Assembly (NCBI GenBank): GCA_015680685.1
Contig: MNCI01002984.1
Span: forward strand, 130,221-194,220
Direction: 5' to 3'
Length of the DNA stretch: 64,000 bases
Source: Gnetum montanum
Lineage: Eukaryota > Plantae > Gnetophyta
Positions 50,156 through 61,600 of the stretch are shown in pieces. Positions within the stretch are counted from its first letter, which is position 1, and each line of letters begins with the position of its first letter. The notes below the pieces were generated by a model. The model was not told the origin of the DNA, searched no databases, and saw only the letters and a program-made list of their open reading frames with translations. The position numbers were made by a program, and so were the translations under genes.

Positions 50156-50173
50156 TTGGCACTAGAACGAGGG
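50156..50173 (+). promoter_or_regulatory. Primer-binding site, tRNA-Asn type
   Basis: TGGCACTAGAACGAGGG versus TGGCGCTAGAAGGAGGG (complement of the plant tRNA-Asn 3' end), just after the LTR end. Confidence 0.7.
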
Positions 50174-50585
50174 CCTGAACCATTTATATTTGCATTTTTG
50201 ATTAGCACTTAGTCAAAACTCTGGATTTTCTAAAGAGTGTAACAAGTTCTCATAGTGTGACAAGCTCCAATGTAGCAAGCTTGAAAAGCTCTAGTGTAGC
50301 AAGCTTCAGCATAGCAGGCTTGCAAGCTCTAGCGTAGCAAGCTTGACAAGCTCTAGCATAGCGAGCGTACCAAGCTCCAGTGTAGTGAGTGTAGCACCAA
50401 AGTTGAAAATTTTTCACAATTTTCATACTTAGCATTTTTTCTACATTTTCATACTTAGCATTTTTTCTATATTTTTAGACTTAACCATTTTCATACATTT
50501 TTCAGCTACTGACAGACTTAGTCATTTTTCTACAATTTTCACAGTTAGCGATTTTCTACAAACTACAACTCTCACAACTTGATCT

Positions 50586-53500
50586 ATGAATATGAATCTA
50601 GGTCAACCTTCCACATCGATGTCTAACATGTTTGATACCACAATCCAGCCAAAGTGTGTTGCACTAAGCCATGAATAATACAATTTTGTTTGTGCCAAAA
50701 TCCAAGCAGGACTACTAATGGATTACCTTGATTTGGAGGTAAAACTGGACTATAAATAAGTCCACCAAAATGGATGGGAGTACAACCCCTCATTGTTTGA
50801 CATAATTCCACTCATGGAATTCGACCAGCAGTTGTTTTCCTAACTCATCCATGCAAACAAGCATGATGCAAGGACAACCTACAAGGAAGCCTCACAGAAG
50901 GACAAATATGAGTTTGAGGCCCACCCAAAGTGCAAGAGCCCCCTCTACACCATCTTCCAACGACCACTCCCTAGTACAGCCCCTCCTCAATTAAGTCCAC
51001 CCATCCTCTCTAAGATGGTAACCATGCCAATTTAGCCTTCCTCACAAGTAATTAATGCATTTTTCCAACACTATGCTCATGCAAGGGCCACCTCTCAGCT
51101 CCAAACAACTCAGGCATCCTACGTCCCACTTGTCTTGTTAGCATATGTGGTGTTCATCCAACCCACTCATGTGTGGCCTACTTTGATCACCACATCCATC
51201 ACTCAGCCAACACATTAACTACACCCGTCTGCTACAAAAGTAAATTGGCAAACTCCACAATCAACAATTCGACCCCATGCTATACAACCAACACAAGCCC
51301 AACCAATGCAACTAGCTAGCACATCCCCAAGCTTGGATCAGGCATTCTAGCTAATCCAAAGCTTGACAGAGGAGATAAAATGACTCAAGGATACCTCCTT
51401 TGACATCGTCAAGGTGGTGGACTTCTACTGAGATGACCCCATAAGTCCTACAGTACCACCTCTAACTCTTCCAATTGGGGCCCAGCTGCTGCAATTCACC
51501 AAGTACAATGGTGAAGGGGATCCTAATGCACACTTGGTCACATTTTGATCTGAGTGCCTACTCTTTCAAGCCTTGCCACATGCCATCATGCACGTGTTCC
51601 CCATGTCACTCACAGACAAGGCCTTAGATTGGTATTGTGCGCTACCCAAGGCCTCAATCTCCTCTTTGGAGGATCTCATAAGCAAGTTTGTGATGCACTT
51701 TAGGTACAACCTAAAGGCTGAAGTAACCCTTGGCCAGTTGATACAAGTTAAGCAGGGGCCTCTAGAGCCTGTGCCAAAATTCCTCCAATTTTGGAATGTT
51801 GCATTGAGTGAAATGCATGAACCCCTAGCAGAGACACATCTACTGGCAATCTTCAAAGGTGCAGTAAATGACTTCATTAAGTTCAAACTGTATTAACTAG
51901 CCCCGAAGTCTCTTAGCCAAGCCTTTGCCCAAACAAAAGGCATCGAGGAAGTAGCGCAAGCTAGCAATGACCCAGCCTACGTGGCCTATAAAAACCAACA
52001 TGCTCGCAAGCAAAACACAATAGTGGCAACAATGGACAAAAGCATAAAAGTAACCAACTAGGGCCCAGCAGCTAAGCAGCCTAAGACTCTAATTGACAAA
52101 ACCACCAACTCTAGTGCTAACTTGCCTACATCAACAGGGGTCACCCCAAGGCCCAACTTTCAATGTAAGGACCACTCAAAGTATACACCACTACCAATGG
52201 AACCCTCTAAACTATTGGAGCAACTCCTAAAAGCTGGGCAAATCCAATATAAACATGTATCAAAGATTGCTCACCAAAAACATAATAGGTACAATGAACT
52301 ACTGAGGAACCCTACCTTAGTAGTACCAAATGAGCCCCTAGTCCCACAACACTTCAAGCTAGACCAATACTATCATACCACCAGTTGTCTGGTCATAGTA
52401 CGAAAAATTGTCGTGCTTTGTAGGATGACCTACAAAGAATGATAGAACAAGGCCAACTAGTACTCGACATGCTGAATCAATCCAGCACAGACGATGCCTC
52501 CTATGTCATAAATTCCATTAGCATACATGGCAAGTCTAAACCTGTGCAACAGCCTTTTTTGATCCATGTGTCTCCCAGCAAGGCAAGGATCCCCTTGACC
52601 TCCACAAATAAGAGGCCTCCCTTTGTTATCAAAGTGCCACCTCCGGCACTCGTAACATCCTTTGTGGTCAAGGTCCCAAACCAATCATCTGCTAAGACAT
52701 TAAAATGGCATGACGTAGCAACAAAAACCACTAAGCAACTTTTCATTATCAAGGTGCCACAACAAGTTGGTCATACAACAACTCCTAAGCCACCCTTTAT
52801 CATAAGGGTGCCACAACATGATGGCCCCTCACCTACCCGAAGCCCAACAGTGGGTAACATCTTGATCCCTCCTCCTTCAAGGGTTGACCCCACTAGTAAC
52901 CCAGGTAGGCCTACCAAATGGCAACACAAGAGGATGAGTGAGTGCCTCACAACCCCCATGGCTGAAGTAAATGCTATAATCAACAAGAAATAGCCAAACA
53001 CTAGGGGCCCTACCCCTAAGCAGGCCAAGCAAACCAAGCCCATGTCCCCTCCTCAAGAGATCTGTATCTCAAGCCACAAGGAGGAAATCAAGGCCAACAC
53101 AACAGCCAATGACAGGGACTTCGTAGTTGCACTAACCCAGGTGAAACAAACACTCAAGTAAAACAACACAATGTTGAGCTTGTACGGCCTAGTCATGACC
53201 TCATCTGCTCACTTCCAAGCATTGGCCCAAATCTTGGCCTCCATTCCTATTACGGAGGACATCCCTACAAATGAGGCATCCATCCGTGCAACAATGTTGT
53301 CCCCTACATTAGAAGAATCGAGTTTAACATCCCTACTGTTCTGCAAAAATGTAGTCAAAGTCAACCCCGAATGAGGGGAGGTCACTATAGCTCCACTATC
53401 CATTAGCATACATGTTGGGAAATGCACCATCTGCAGAGTGCATGTTGATGATGGTGCAGCAACAAACATAGTCTTGTACTTCGTCATCGACAAGCTAGGC

Positions 53501-53846
53501 ATGGCAAATGAAATTAAGCCAACCAAAACCATGTGTCTAAAATTCTTCAACAAATCATGTGTCATAATCAGGGGTACAATCAACTTAGCCTTTGTGGCAG
53601 GAGAGCAATTCCCCACTAGTGCAGATTTCACTATCATAGAGGGGATGCTAGGTTTTAACATGATTCTAGCCAAGCCTTGGCTAGCCCAACTAAGGGTAAT
53701 TTCATCTCCCATCCACCAAGAAATCCACCTTCCATATGAAGGTGACCAAGTTATCATCCATGGTGATAATGCTTTCTCTTCAACTATCCATGACATAGAC
53801 ATGGTGCAAGTTTCTAAAGAAGAGTTTCTTGGTGGTACACCTATGA
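50586..53846 (+). pseudogene. gag: Tat-like gag-protease of element X
   Basis: FPMSLTDKALDWYCALPKASISSLEDLISKFVMHF, HVDDGAATNIV and FNMILAKPWL motifs. Confidence 0.85.
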
Positions 53847-56826
53847 TGATTTATGCAAAGTTATAGGTTATGGAAAGGTAAAGATTTAGTTTAAGAATGG
53901 AGTGGTTAAATTGATTACCAATGTACATCATGTTCCAACACTTACTAAATATCTTTTTTTTTATAAGTGAATTGGATGATGCATGACTAACTATTATCTT
54001 TAAAGGTAGACAATGTTCAATACTACAGGGTTCATCTCTTTTGGCTTCTAGAATTAAAACATGCAAGTTGTATAAATTAGAAGCTAATACATTAAAGTAG
54101 AAATTAAGTGCATTTTTAGTTACTGATTTAAATTCAAGTATTGATTTGTGGCATAAAAGAATGGGACATCCTGGTGAAAAAGAACTTAAGGAACTTTACA
54201 AGCAAGGTAAATTTGAGCTTTTAAAAGATTCCTTGAATTTCTATCATCATTGTCTACATGGTAAACAGAGGTGTCACCATTTTCAAAGTAATGCTAAATC
54301 TCTTTAGATATTAGAACTAATACATAGTGATGTATGTGAACTAGTTAAAGATATTTAAACAAGTTCTCTTGGAGGTGCTATGTATTATGTTTCTTTTACT
54401 AATGATTATTCTGGAAAGAGATGAATCTATTTATTAAAATATAAGTTTCAAGTGTTTAGAAAATTTATAGAATTCAAAGCTCTTGTTGAGAATTATTCAG
54501 AAAATAAAATCAAAATTCTAAGAACTAACAATGGTGATGAGTTTTGCTCAAATGAATTTAATGTTTTTCGATAAAGAACAAGGCATTCAAAGGAAAAAGA
54601 CTATTCTAGAGACTCCTAAACAAAATGGAGTAGTAGAGTGCTTGAATTGAACATTGATGAAATGTGCTAAATATATGCTTAGTGAATCTAATCTTGACAA
54701 GCTTTTCTAGGTGAATAAGTAATGATTGCATGTTATCTTATCAATAGATCTCCTTCATTGGCTCTTAATGGAAAAATTCCAGAGGAAGTTTGGAGTGGTA
54801 GGTTCATTAATTTAAACTATTTGAAGATTTTTGGTTGTGAAGCCTATGTACATGTTCTGAAATTTGATAGATCCAAATAAGACTCTAAGTTTCTCAAATG
54901 TATTTTTCTTGGGTATGGACATGGTGTCAAAGCTTATATGTTGTATAACCTGAAAACTAAAAGGGCTACTTATAGTCAAGATGTTATCTTTAGAGACAAA
55001 TGTGGATCTATGAAGGAGGAATCTTCTAATAATGAAACTTCTTCAAATGATGTAACTCCTATGTATGTGCTTGTTGAAATTAATAATGAAATTTTTGAGG
55101 ATAATCCTTCCTCAGCTAGTGATATTGCCCCTAGTGAACAAGATGGTGATAGCATGGTAAATGAGGAGGAACAACATGAAGAGGGAGAAACTACTTTTAG
55201 TGAAGTTGAGTTATTAAGACATTTAACACATATAAGAAAATTACCCTCACATCTAGAAGAATATGCCCTATTTACTGAAAATAATGAGCAATCAAAATAT
55301 GAAGAGGCATGTTCATCTATGAAAAATGCAAAGTGGAAATAGGTAATGGATGATGAAATGTTATTAATTCACAAAAAATAAAACTTGCGAATTAACTAAG
55401 CTTCCATCATAGAGAAAACCCATTGGAAATAAATGGGTGTATAGAATAAAATCTAGGAATCAATACAAAGCATGACTTATAGCTAAAGGATTTTCTCAGA
55501 GAAAGGGGATTATTTATGATGAAATCTTCTCTCCAATAGTAAAATTAACATCCATAAGATCATTGTTGGCTATCATAGTTGTTTATGATGTTGATTGTGA
55601 ACAAATGGATGTGAAAATAGCATTCATCAATGGTGATCTTGAGGAATAAATATATATGCTTCAATCTAAAGGATATGAAGTTAAAGGAAAAGAGCATATG
55701 GTGTGTCAATTATTAAAATCACTATATGGGCTCAAACAAAAATCAAGGATGTGGAATAAAAAATGTAATGACCACATGATAAATCTTGGCTTCATTAGGA
55801 GTCTCGAATACTCTTGTATGTATGTTAAAAATACAAGTGAAAAATATGTTATCTTGCTACTATATGTTGATGACATGTTAATAGCAAGTAATAACATACA
55901 TGATATTTAAGAGTTAAAACTTCATCTATCTTCTCAATTTAAGATGAAGGATCTTGGTACTACACAAAACATTTTGGGCATGGAAATTAAAAGGGGTAGG
56001 ATAATAAAAAGCTTTGTCTTGGGTAGTCTGCATATGTTAAAAATATTTTAAAAAGATTTAATATGCATGATTTCAAGCTTGTGGCTACACCCTGTGAAAC
56101 TAGTATTAAGCTTTCAGTTGAACAATGCCCAAAGAAAAGTGAAGAAAAAAAGCTCATGGTTAAAATTCCATTTGCTAGTGTTATTATTAGTTTAATGTAT
56201 ACAATGGTCTCTACTAGACCTAATATTACTTACATTGTTGAAAAACTTAGCAAGTATATGTCTAATTTGGGAAAATAGTATTGGATTGTGATGAAGCAAG
56301 TTGTCTAATATCTTTGTGGTACTTCAAATTATGGGATCTATTATAAAAATGATTCCAATGAACTTCAAGGCTTCGTTGATGCATATTGGGGTGGTGATAT
56401 TGATGGTAAAAAATCTACAAGTGGATATGTATTTAATCTTTTTGGTTGTGCAATTTCTTGGAAAATTATAAAACAATCTTATGTTGCTCAATCTACCACT
56501 AAAGCTAAATATGTTGCTACTAACTTGGTGTGTAGAGAGGCAATATGGCTCCAAAGGCTAATAACTAAACTTGGCATCACTCAGACTCAGGTTAATATTG
56601 GCTATGATAGTTAAAGTTCCATAAGCATATCCAAGAATCCAACCTTTCATGCCCGATGAAACCCATTGAAATACAATATCACTATATACAAAAAGAAATT
56701 AAAAACCAAAGGATTTTTTTGAATAAAATTTCAACTAAAGAAAATCCTACAAATGTACTCACTAAGTCAACTCCTACTGAAAAGTTTCTCTGGTGTCAAT
56801 CAGCATTTGGTCTTCTTTTGAATTGA
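53847..56826 (+). pseudogene. pol: Tnt1/Tork-like copia pol (PR tail, GAG-pre-integrase, IN, RT, RNase H)
   Basis: DLWHKRMGH, LELIHSDVC, ILRTNNGDEF, QMDVKIAF, LKSLYGLKQ, LLLYVDDMLIA and ENPTNVLTKS motifs in copia order. Confidence 0.92.
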
Positions 56827-56884
56827 TTTTCTAAAAATGATTTGGACTATTCTTTAAAGCAACTTTACCTTCAAGAAGGAAAAT

Positions 56885-57300
56885 TATAAGGGTGGATGAA
56901 GGCAAATTTGACTTGATTTTCTTAAGATATTTTTGCCCTGCCTTATTATATTTTTATTCATGTGTATGTTATAATTGGTCCCATACCTATCCCTACCAAA
57001 ATAAACTACCTTATCCATTTTTAAATTTTGGGTTCCATGACAATATATAAGGAGCTCAAAGGAAGCATCCAAAGCACCACAGTTTTTTCAAAGCATAAGC
57101 TTGAGAATCATCTCCCTTCCTTTGTAAATTCTCCTTAAGCTTCAATCTTCTGAAGTTTTGCTGCTAATGGTCCAAGATCTGATTTTTTTACTAAGGTTTC
57201 TCACCTTGAAGGTTTTCCCTAGGGTAACTCTTTGTCTTTTTTATTTTCTACAATTTCTTTAAATTTAATATAATATTGGTGCAAGCGATTAGGAATAACA
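56885..57300 (+). repeat. 3' LTR of the copia element (~416 bp)
   Basis: Follows decayed PPT CAAGAAGGAAAAT; TATA-like TATATAAG at ~57044; ends AATAACA where an unrelated repeat begins. Confidence 0.6.
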
Positions 57301-57600
57301 CTTGGTTACTAACAGTGATCATTGGCACTATTGGTGTCTACCTCCTCAGTGTGCATTTGCACTACATTCCCTTCCCTAGCTCCCTAGTTACCAACAATGG
57401 TTATTAGTGCCATTGGTACCTACCTCCTCAATGTTTGCCTCCTTGGTATCTATTAGCATTCATATTCCTTGCCTCCTTAATTGTCTACAATGATCATTAG
57501 TGCTATTATTGATGCCTACCATCTTTATGTTTACTAATGCTATCATTCCTTGCCTACCTTATTGTTGATAATGACCACTAGCGTTATTGTTCTTGCCTCT
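57301..57600. repeat. Degenerate ~80-100-bp tandem repeat, 3-4 copies
   Basis: Recurrent ACAATGATCATTAGTGCTATT / CCTACCTCCTCA / ATTCCTTGCCT blocks. Confidence 0.65.
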
Positions 57601-57758
57601 TGGGGATAGGAAAATTTTTTGTCAACTAACAAAAAATTTCAAAATTTTACAACAAAAGAATACACGTCAAATTAGGAGGAATATAAGTATAAGAACACTA
57701 AAAATGTTTGCAAATAAAAAAATCGATGGGTTAGTAAGAACCAAAATAAAAATTTCAT

Positions 57759-57814
57759 AATTAAGCATATTGTCCTAAAGTAGTACTGGGATGGGTGATC
57801 TCTTAGAAAGTCTC
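57759..57814 (+). pseudogene. 5S rRNA internal-promoter fragment (box A-IE-box C), Cassandra-like
   Basis: AATTAAGCATATTGTCCTAAAGTAGTACTGGGATGGGTGATCTCTTAGAAAGTC aligns with plant 5S AGTTAAGCGTGCTTGGGCGAGAGTAGTACTAGGATGGGTGACCTCCTGGGAAGTC; the 5S ends are absent. Confidence 0.8.
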
Positions 57815-58644
57815 AAAAAATGTAAAAATTTTTGCAACTTGAAACAACTATAATTTTAGATTTGGGTGTCTCATTTTAACGAAACAAGAGTCATTTCCAA
57901 TAGATATGAATCTTTGAGATGTAATAGAATAGTTAGATTTAGTCTATGGAATCCCAAAAATTAGTTTTTGAACTTGCTATGAAACCATTTTCAAAAAATG
58001 AAAAATTTTGATTTAAATCCTGAATATTAAATATTTTAAAGTGAAAAGAGTCTTTTATGATCAATGGAGTCTTCATGGAAGGACCTAGGAAGAGAGGATT
58101 CATTCACGGTAGTTCAAACCTCCCCTAGAACTAATTAACTTCCCTGGAACCCATAAAAAGAGTCATAGAGCAACAAATTCAATTAGATTATTAATGTCCA
58201 AAAACCAAAGAGTGAATAGGAGAATAATTGAGTTGTAAATCAATGATTGAATGGATGTCCTTGAGCAACAAATTAATCAGATTAGAGATGTCCAATAGGA
58301 ACTCTATTAATCAAAGCAAGGATTTAGGAAAAATATGTAAGATATATTTTAAGAAATTAGGAAATTTTTACATAATTATGAAGGAAAATGATCAGAGATT
58401 CAAGGAACAATGGATTCCTTTGCATATTTTAACAAATAATTAACTGATCATTTGACCTAACCTCCTAGCCAAAACCAAAATCCATCTAGGGAGCATAAGA
58501 AAAATTAATTCTCACCTAGGAATTATCACTAAGATCAATTTCAACATCACTAAGACTAGTACTAAGATATATTTTCCCCTAGGGAATAGTATCAAGATCA
58601 CTTCCCAGCTATTGGAAGCCAAGATGCTGACATTCCATTATAAG

Positions 58645-61600
58645 TTATGAACAACGAATACCCCTATGCTCAACCATACGAATCACTAAGTGTTCATGCA
58701 CGATCTGATCAAATTCCATGGACCCTTTATCTTCTGGTACACCAGCCTCTAGGAAGTGAACTTGCCCTAATAGTCATTCATTATCTTCCCAATTACACTT
58801 GTGATATGCAAAGATATGGTTAAGTGTACTCGAGGTATATGATTTTTATTATTTTTATGTTTTGGATGCTTAAAATAAAGGATGAAAGGAATGAAGTAAT
58901 TTAATTACTAATTTAATCTAACTAACTAATTAATGTCTAACTAATCCTAACATAAACATCCTGTCCCACTTTCCATACACATCTTGAACACATATAACAC
59001 TGCTAAGTTACTAAAGATTAAGTATTGCTAAAATAACCAAGCATCATGTGCATGCTTGAAGTGGTTGTACTTATGTGCTTAATTAGTTACTATTTAATCT
59101 AGCTTAATTTAGCTTAATTACTTAAAGCATTAAAGGAAATTACATAAAACATTAAATGTATGAAGAACATATTTAATCTAGCCGAAGTGTTGCAAGGTTT
59201 ATCAGAAAGCTCATCTTTATTGCCACATATACTACCATGCTTAGGTACAATAGTGTTCAAATGAAGATCTGTACACTCAATGACTCCTGCTATGAGCACT
59301 CGAGAAAATATTCTAACTCTAGGGAAGAAAAACTGCAAGAGCTCACCTACACTATGATAAAAGGATCCTCAAACCATGCACCCAAGTGTTATATTTATAG
59401 GTCAGCACACATCCTGCGATATTGGATATCTGACATTGCTTCTTGATCCCCAATATCGGGTATCCAATATTAAATCTAGATAAAATACACTTCATCATAC
59501 CTCCATGACTAAATGAAAACTCATCCTTGAGTGAACAAAAGGAGGAACAAGTCCCTTGCAAAATATTGAGAAGGTATGGGATTATTAACAGACATGCAAA
59601 CTGACTTAGACAAAACAGAAAAATTCTAAGTGTCCAAGTATATGGATTTACAATCATTTACAAAATTGGTTGTTCATGACCATAGAATTGAACTCCCTGG
59701 CCAAAACTAACAACCAACTCCTCTAGTAAGTAAAGAACAAGGGAGAAGATTCAATGATCATGAAGGGGCCTCATCACATGGTGCTACTGCTTATTCCTTG
59801 GTGAAGATAGTTCCACTTCGAATCCATGCTTCCCTCTATAATCATAACAAAATCATGGATTAGTATGCAATGTGTAACTTATAGCTTTTAGGTACCTTGT
59901 CTCATCAATAGTTACACTTGGCTAGGTTGTGATTATGGTGGATTGATTCTTTTAATAGTATTTGATTTCTGCAACTATCAGAGTTTCTTGAAAGGGGTTA
60001 ACTTCATGGATTGATTATGTTTGTGTTATTCCTTAGTTAAGCCTTTTTGGAAGTTAGAAAAATTCAAAAAAAAATTGGCTGTCAAAAAAAATGGAGTGGC
60101 CCCCACAACATAGAGTGTACCTTCGGTAGTGGACAAACTAAAAAATGGGGTGCAATGGATAAGTGGTTTATCATTAAATTTTTAAAATCCCAAACATGAT
60201 GGAATGCTTGAAGAGGGTTAAATAATTTACAACAACAACAACAAAAAAGAGGATTTCACTAAAAAACATTGTGAAGATGCGCACAATTGGATGTCATCAG
60301 TGGGGCACACAAAAGGATTTGATTATGAGAATGCCTAAGGATAAAAAAATTAACTATCCCAACCAAAATATATGTACAAGGATCCTCCCCAAAGTAAGCA
60401 CATGCCCTTTGTTTCCTTTGCATATCCTTAAACTAAGGAGTCCACGAGCCCCATGGGTGATTAATGGTTATGAAAATTTAAGTACGAAAACCCAAAAGAA
60501 ACTACCTAAGAATTTTGACACATCAAACCAAGACATCGAACAAGGACATGAACACCAGTAGTGAGGTGAGGCATGAAAAGCATAGATAGATGAGAGAGAG
60601 AAAGTAAAATGTAGTTTTTGATTAAGATCACATGAAGTTCCTCATGAATTTTGTGGTTAAATGACCTAATAAAATCTATCCTTAGTCCAAACCAAAACCG
60701 AACACATTTAGTGACTTCGCATCATTACTATAAGACTAGTCCATACACTTGAAACACAAGAGTTCTCCCATAGATCAAACACCATTCTTTACTTAAGAAA
60801 AAAAGAGAAGTAGGAAGTGAGAAAGGGCCTTAGTTAGAGGGGACCTTCAGGCATGGGTAACATGTCTTTCTAGTCCCATAACTAGTGCATGTAGCTTGTT
60901 TATTTTGTCTAAGAGGTGTGCTTTGAATTCCCATCATTTTTTTTCATAAATGGGAACCACACCATGCAAAGACTTCTTCACCTTCCTGTTATTGGTTGAC
61001 ATAGAATGTTAAGAGATCTATGAAAAAGCACACTTGCACTTAAGATGGTGGAAGGGTAGAAAGAGTATTGAGTCCCCTTGAAGTCACACCTTGCTTAAGC
61101 CCTTGAATCCTTTCCAAGTCTAGAAACTACCAAGGTCACAAGTTCGTTAAAGGTTTGTTAAGGAAAGAAACCTCATACTTCTAGAACTGGAAACACCAGA
61201 GTTTGTGGATGGGTGGATGACGTGGACTCACTACCTATTTCATGAAAAAAAAACCATGCCTTAGTTATCAAAAACAAAATTCAAAGCTAGAATCTATACA
61301 CTAACAATCAAATAACTGGATAGCACATGCCCACATCAAGTAAACCGCACTGTACCCTATTGGCAATAAGGCATGTTATTATTAGAACAAAATAAGAAAA
61401 CACACCAAAATCAAGACATATATTCAAGAAAAATAAAATATATTAGAAATGTTATAAAATAAAACAAAATGATGTAAAATAGTAAAAAGTAGAAAACCAA
61501 AAAGGATGTAAAAAAAATAGTGTAAAATAAGAACGTATTAAAAATAAAAACTAATTAAGTAGCCATTTTTATGATTAACTTGGATGGCCATCTCCCCCAT

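Larger units (their letters stand above)
49384..53846 (+). mobile_element. Tat-like element X (same family as Y, opposite orientation): LTR 3' part, PBS, gag-PR; truncated at both ends
   Basis: 49384-50151 is the reverse complement of ~41873-42640; 50205-53846 is the inverted homologue of ~45745-49383. Confidence 0.85.

Noticed and set aside
57759-57814. Functional 5S rRNA gene
   Set aside because: Only ~55 of ~120 nt are present, the fragment is decayed, and there is no tandem array or oligo-T terminator.
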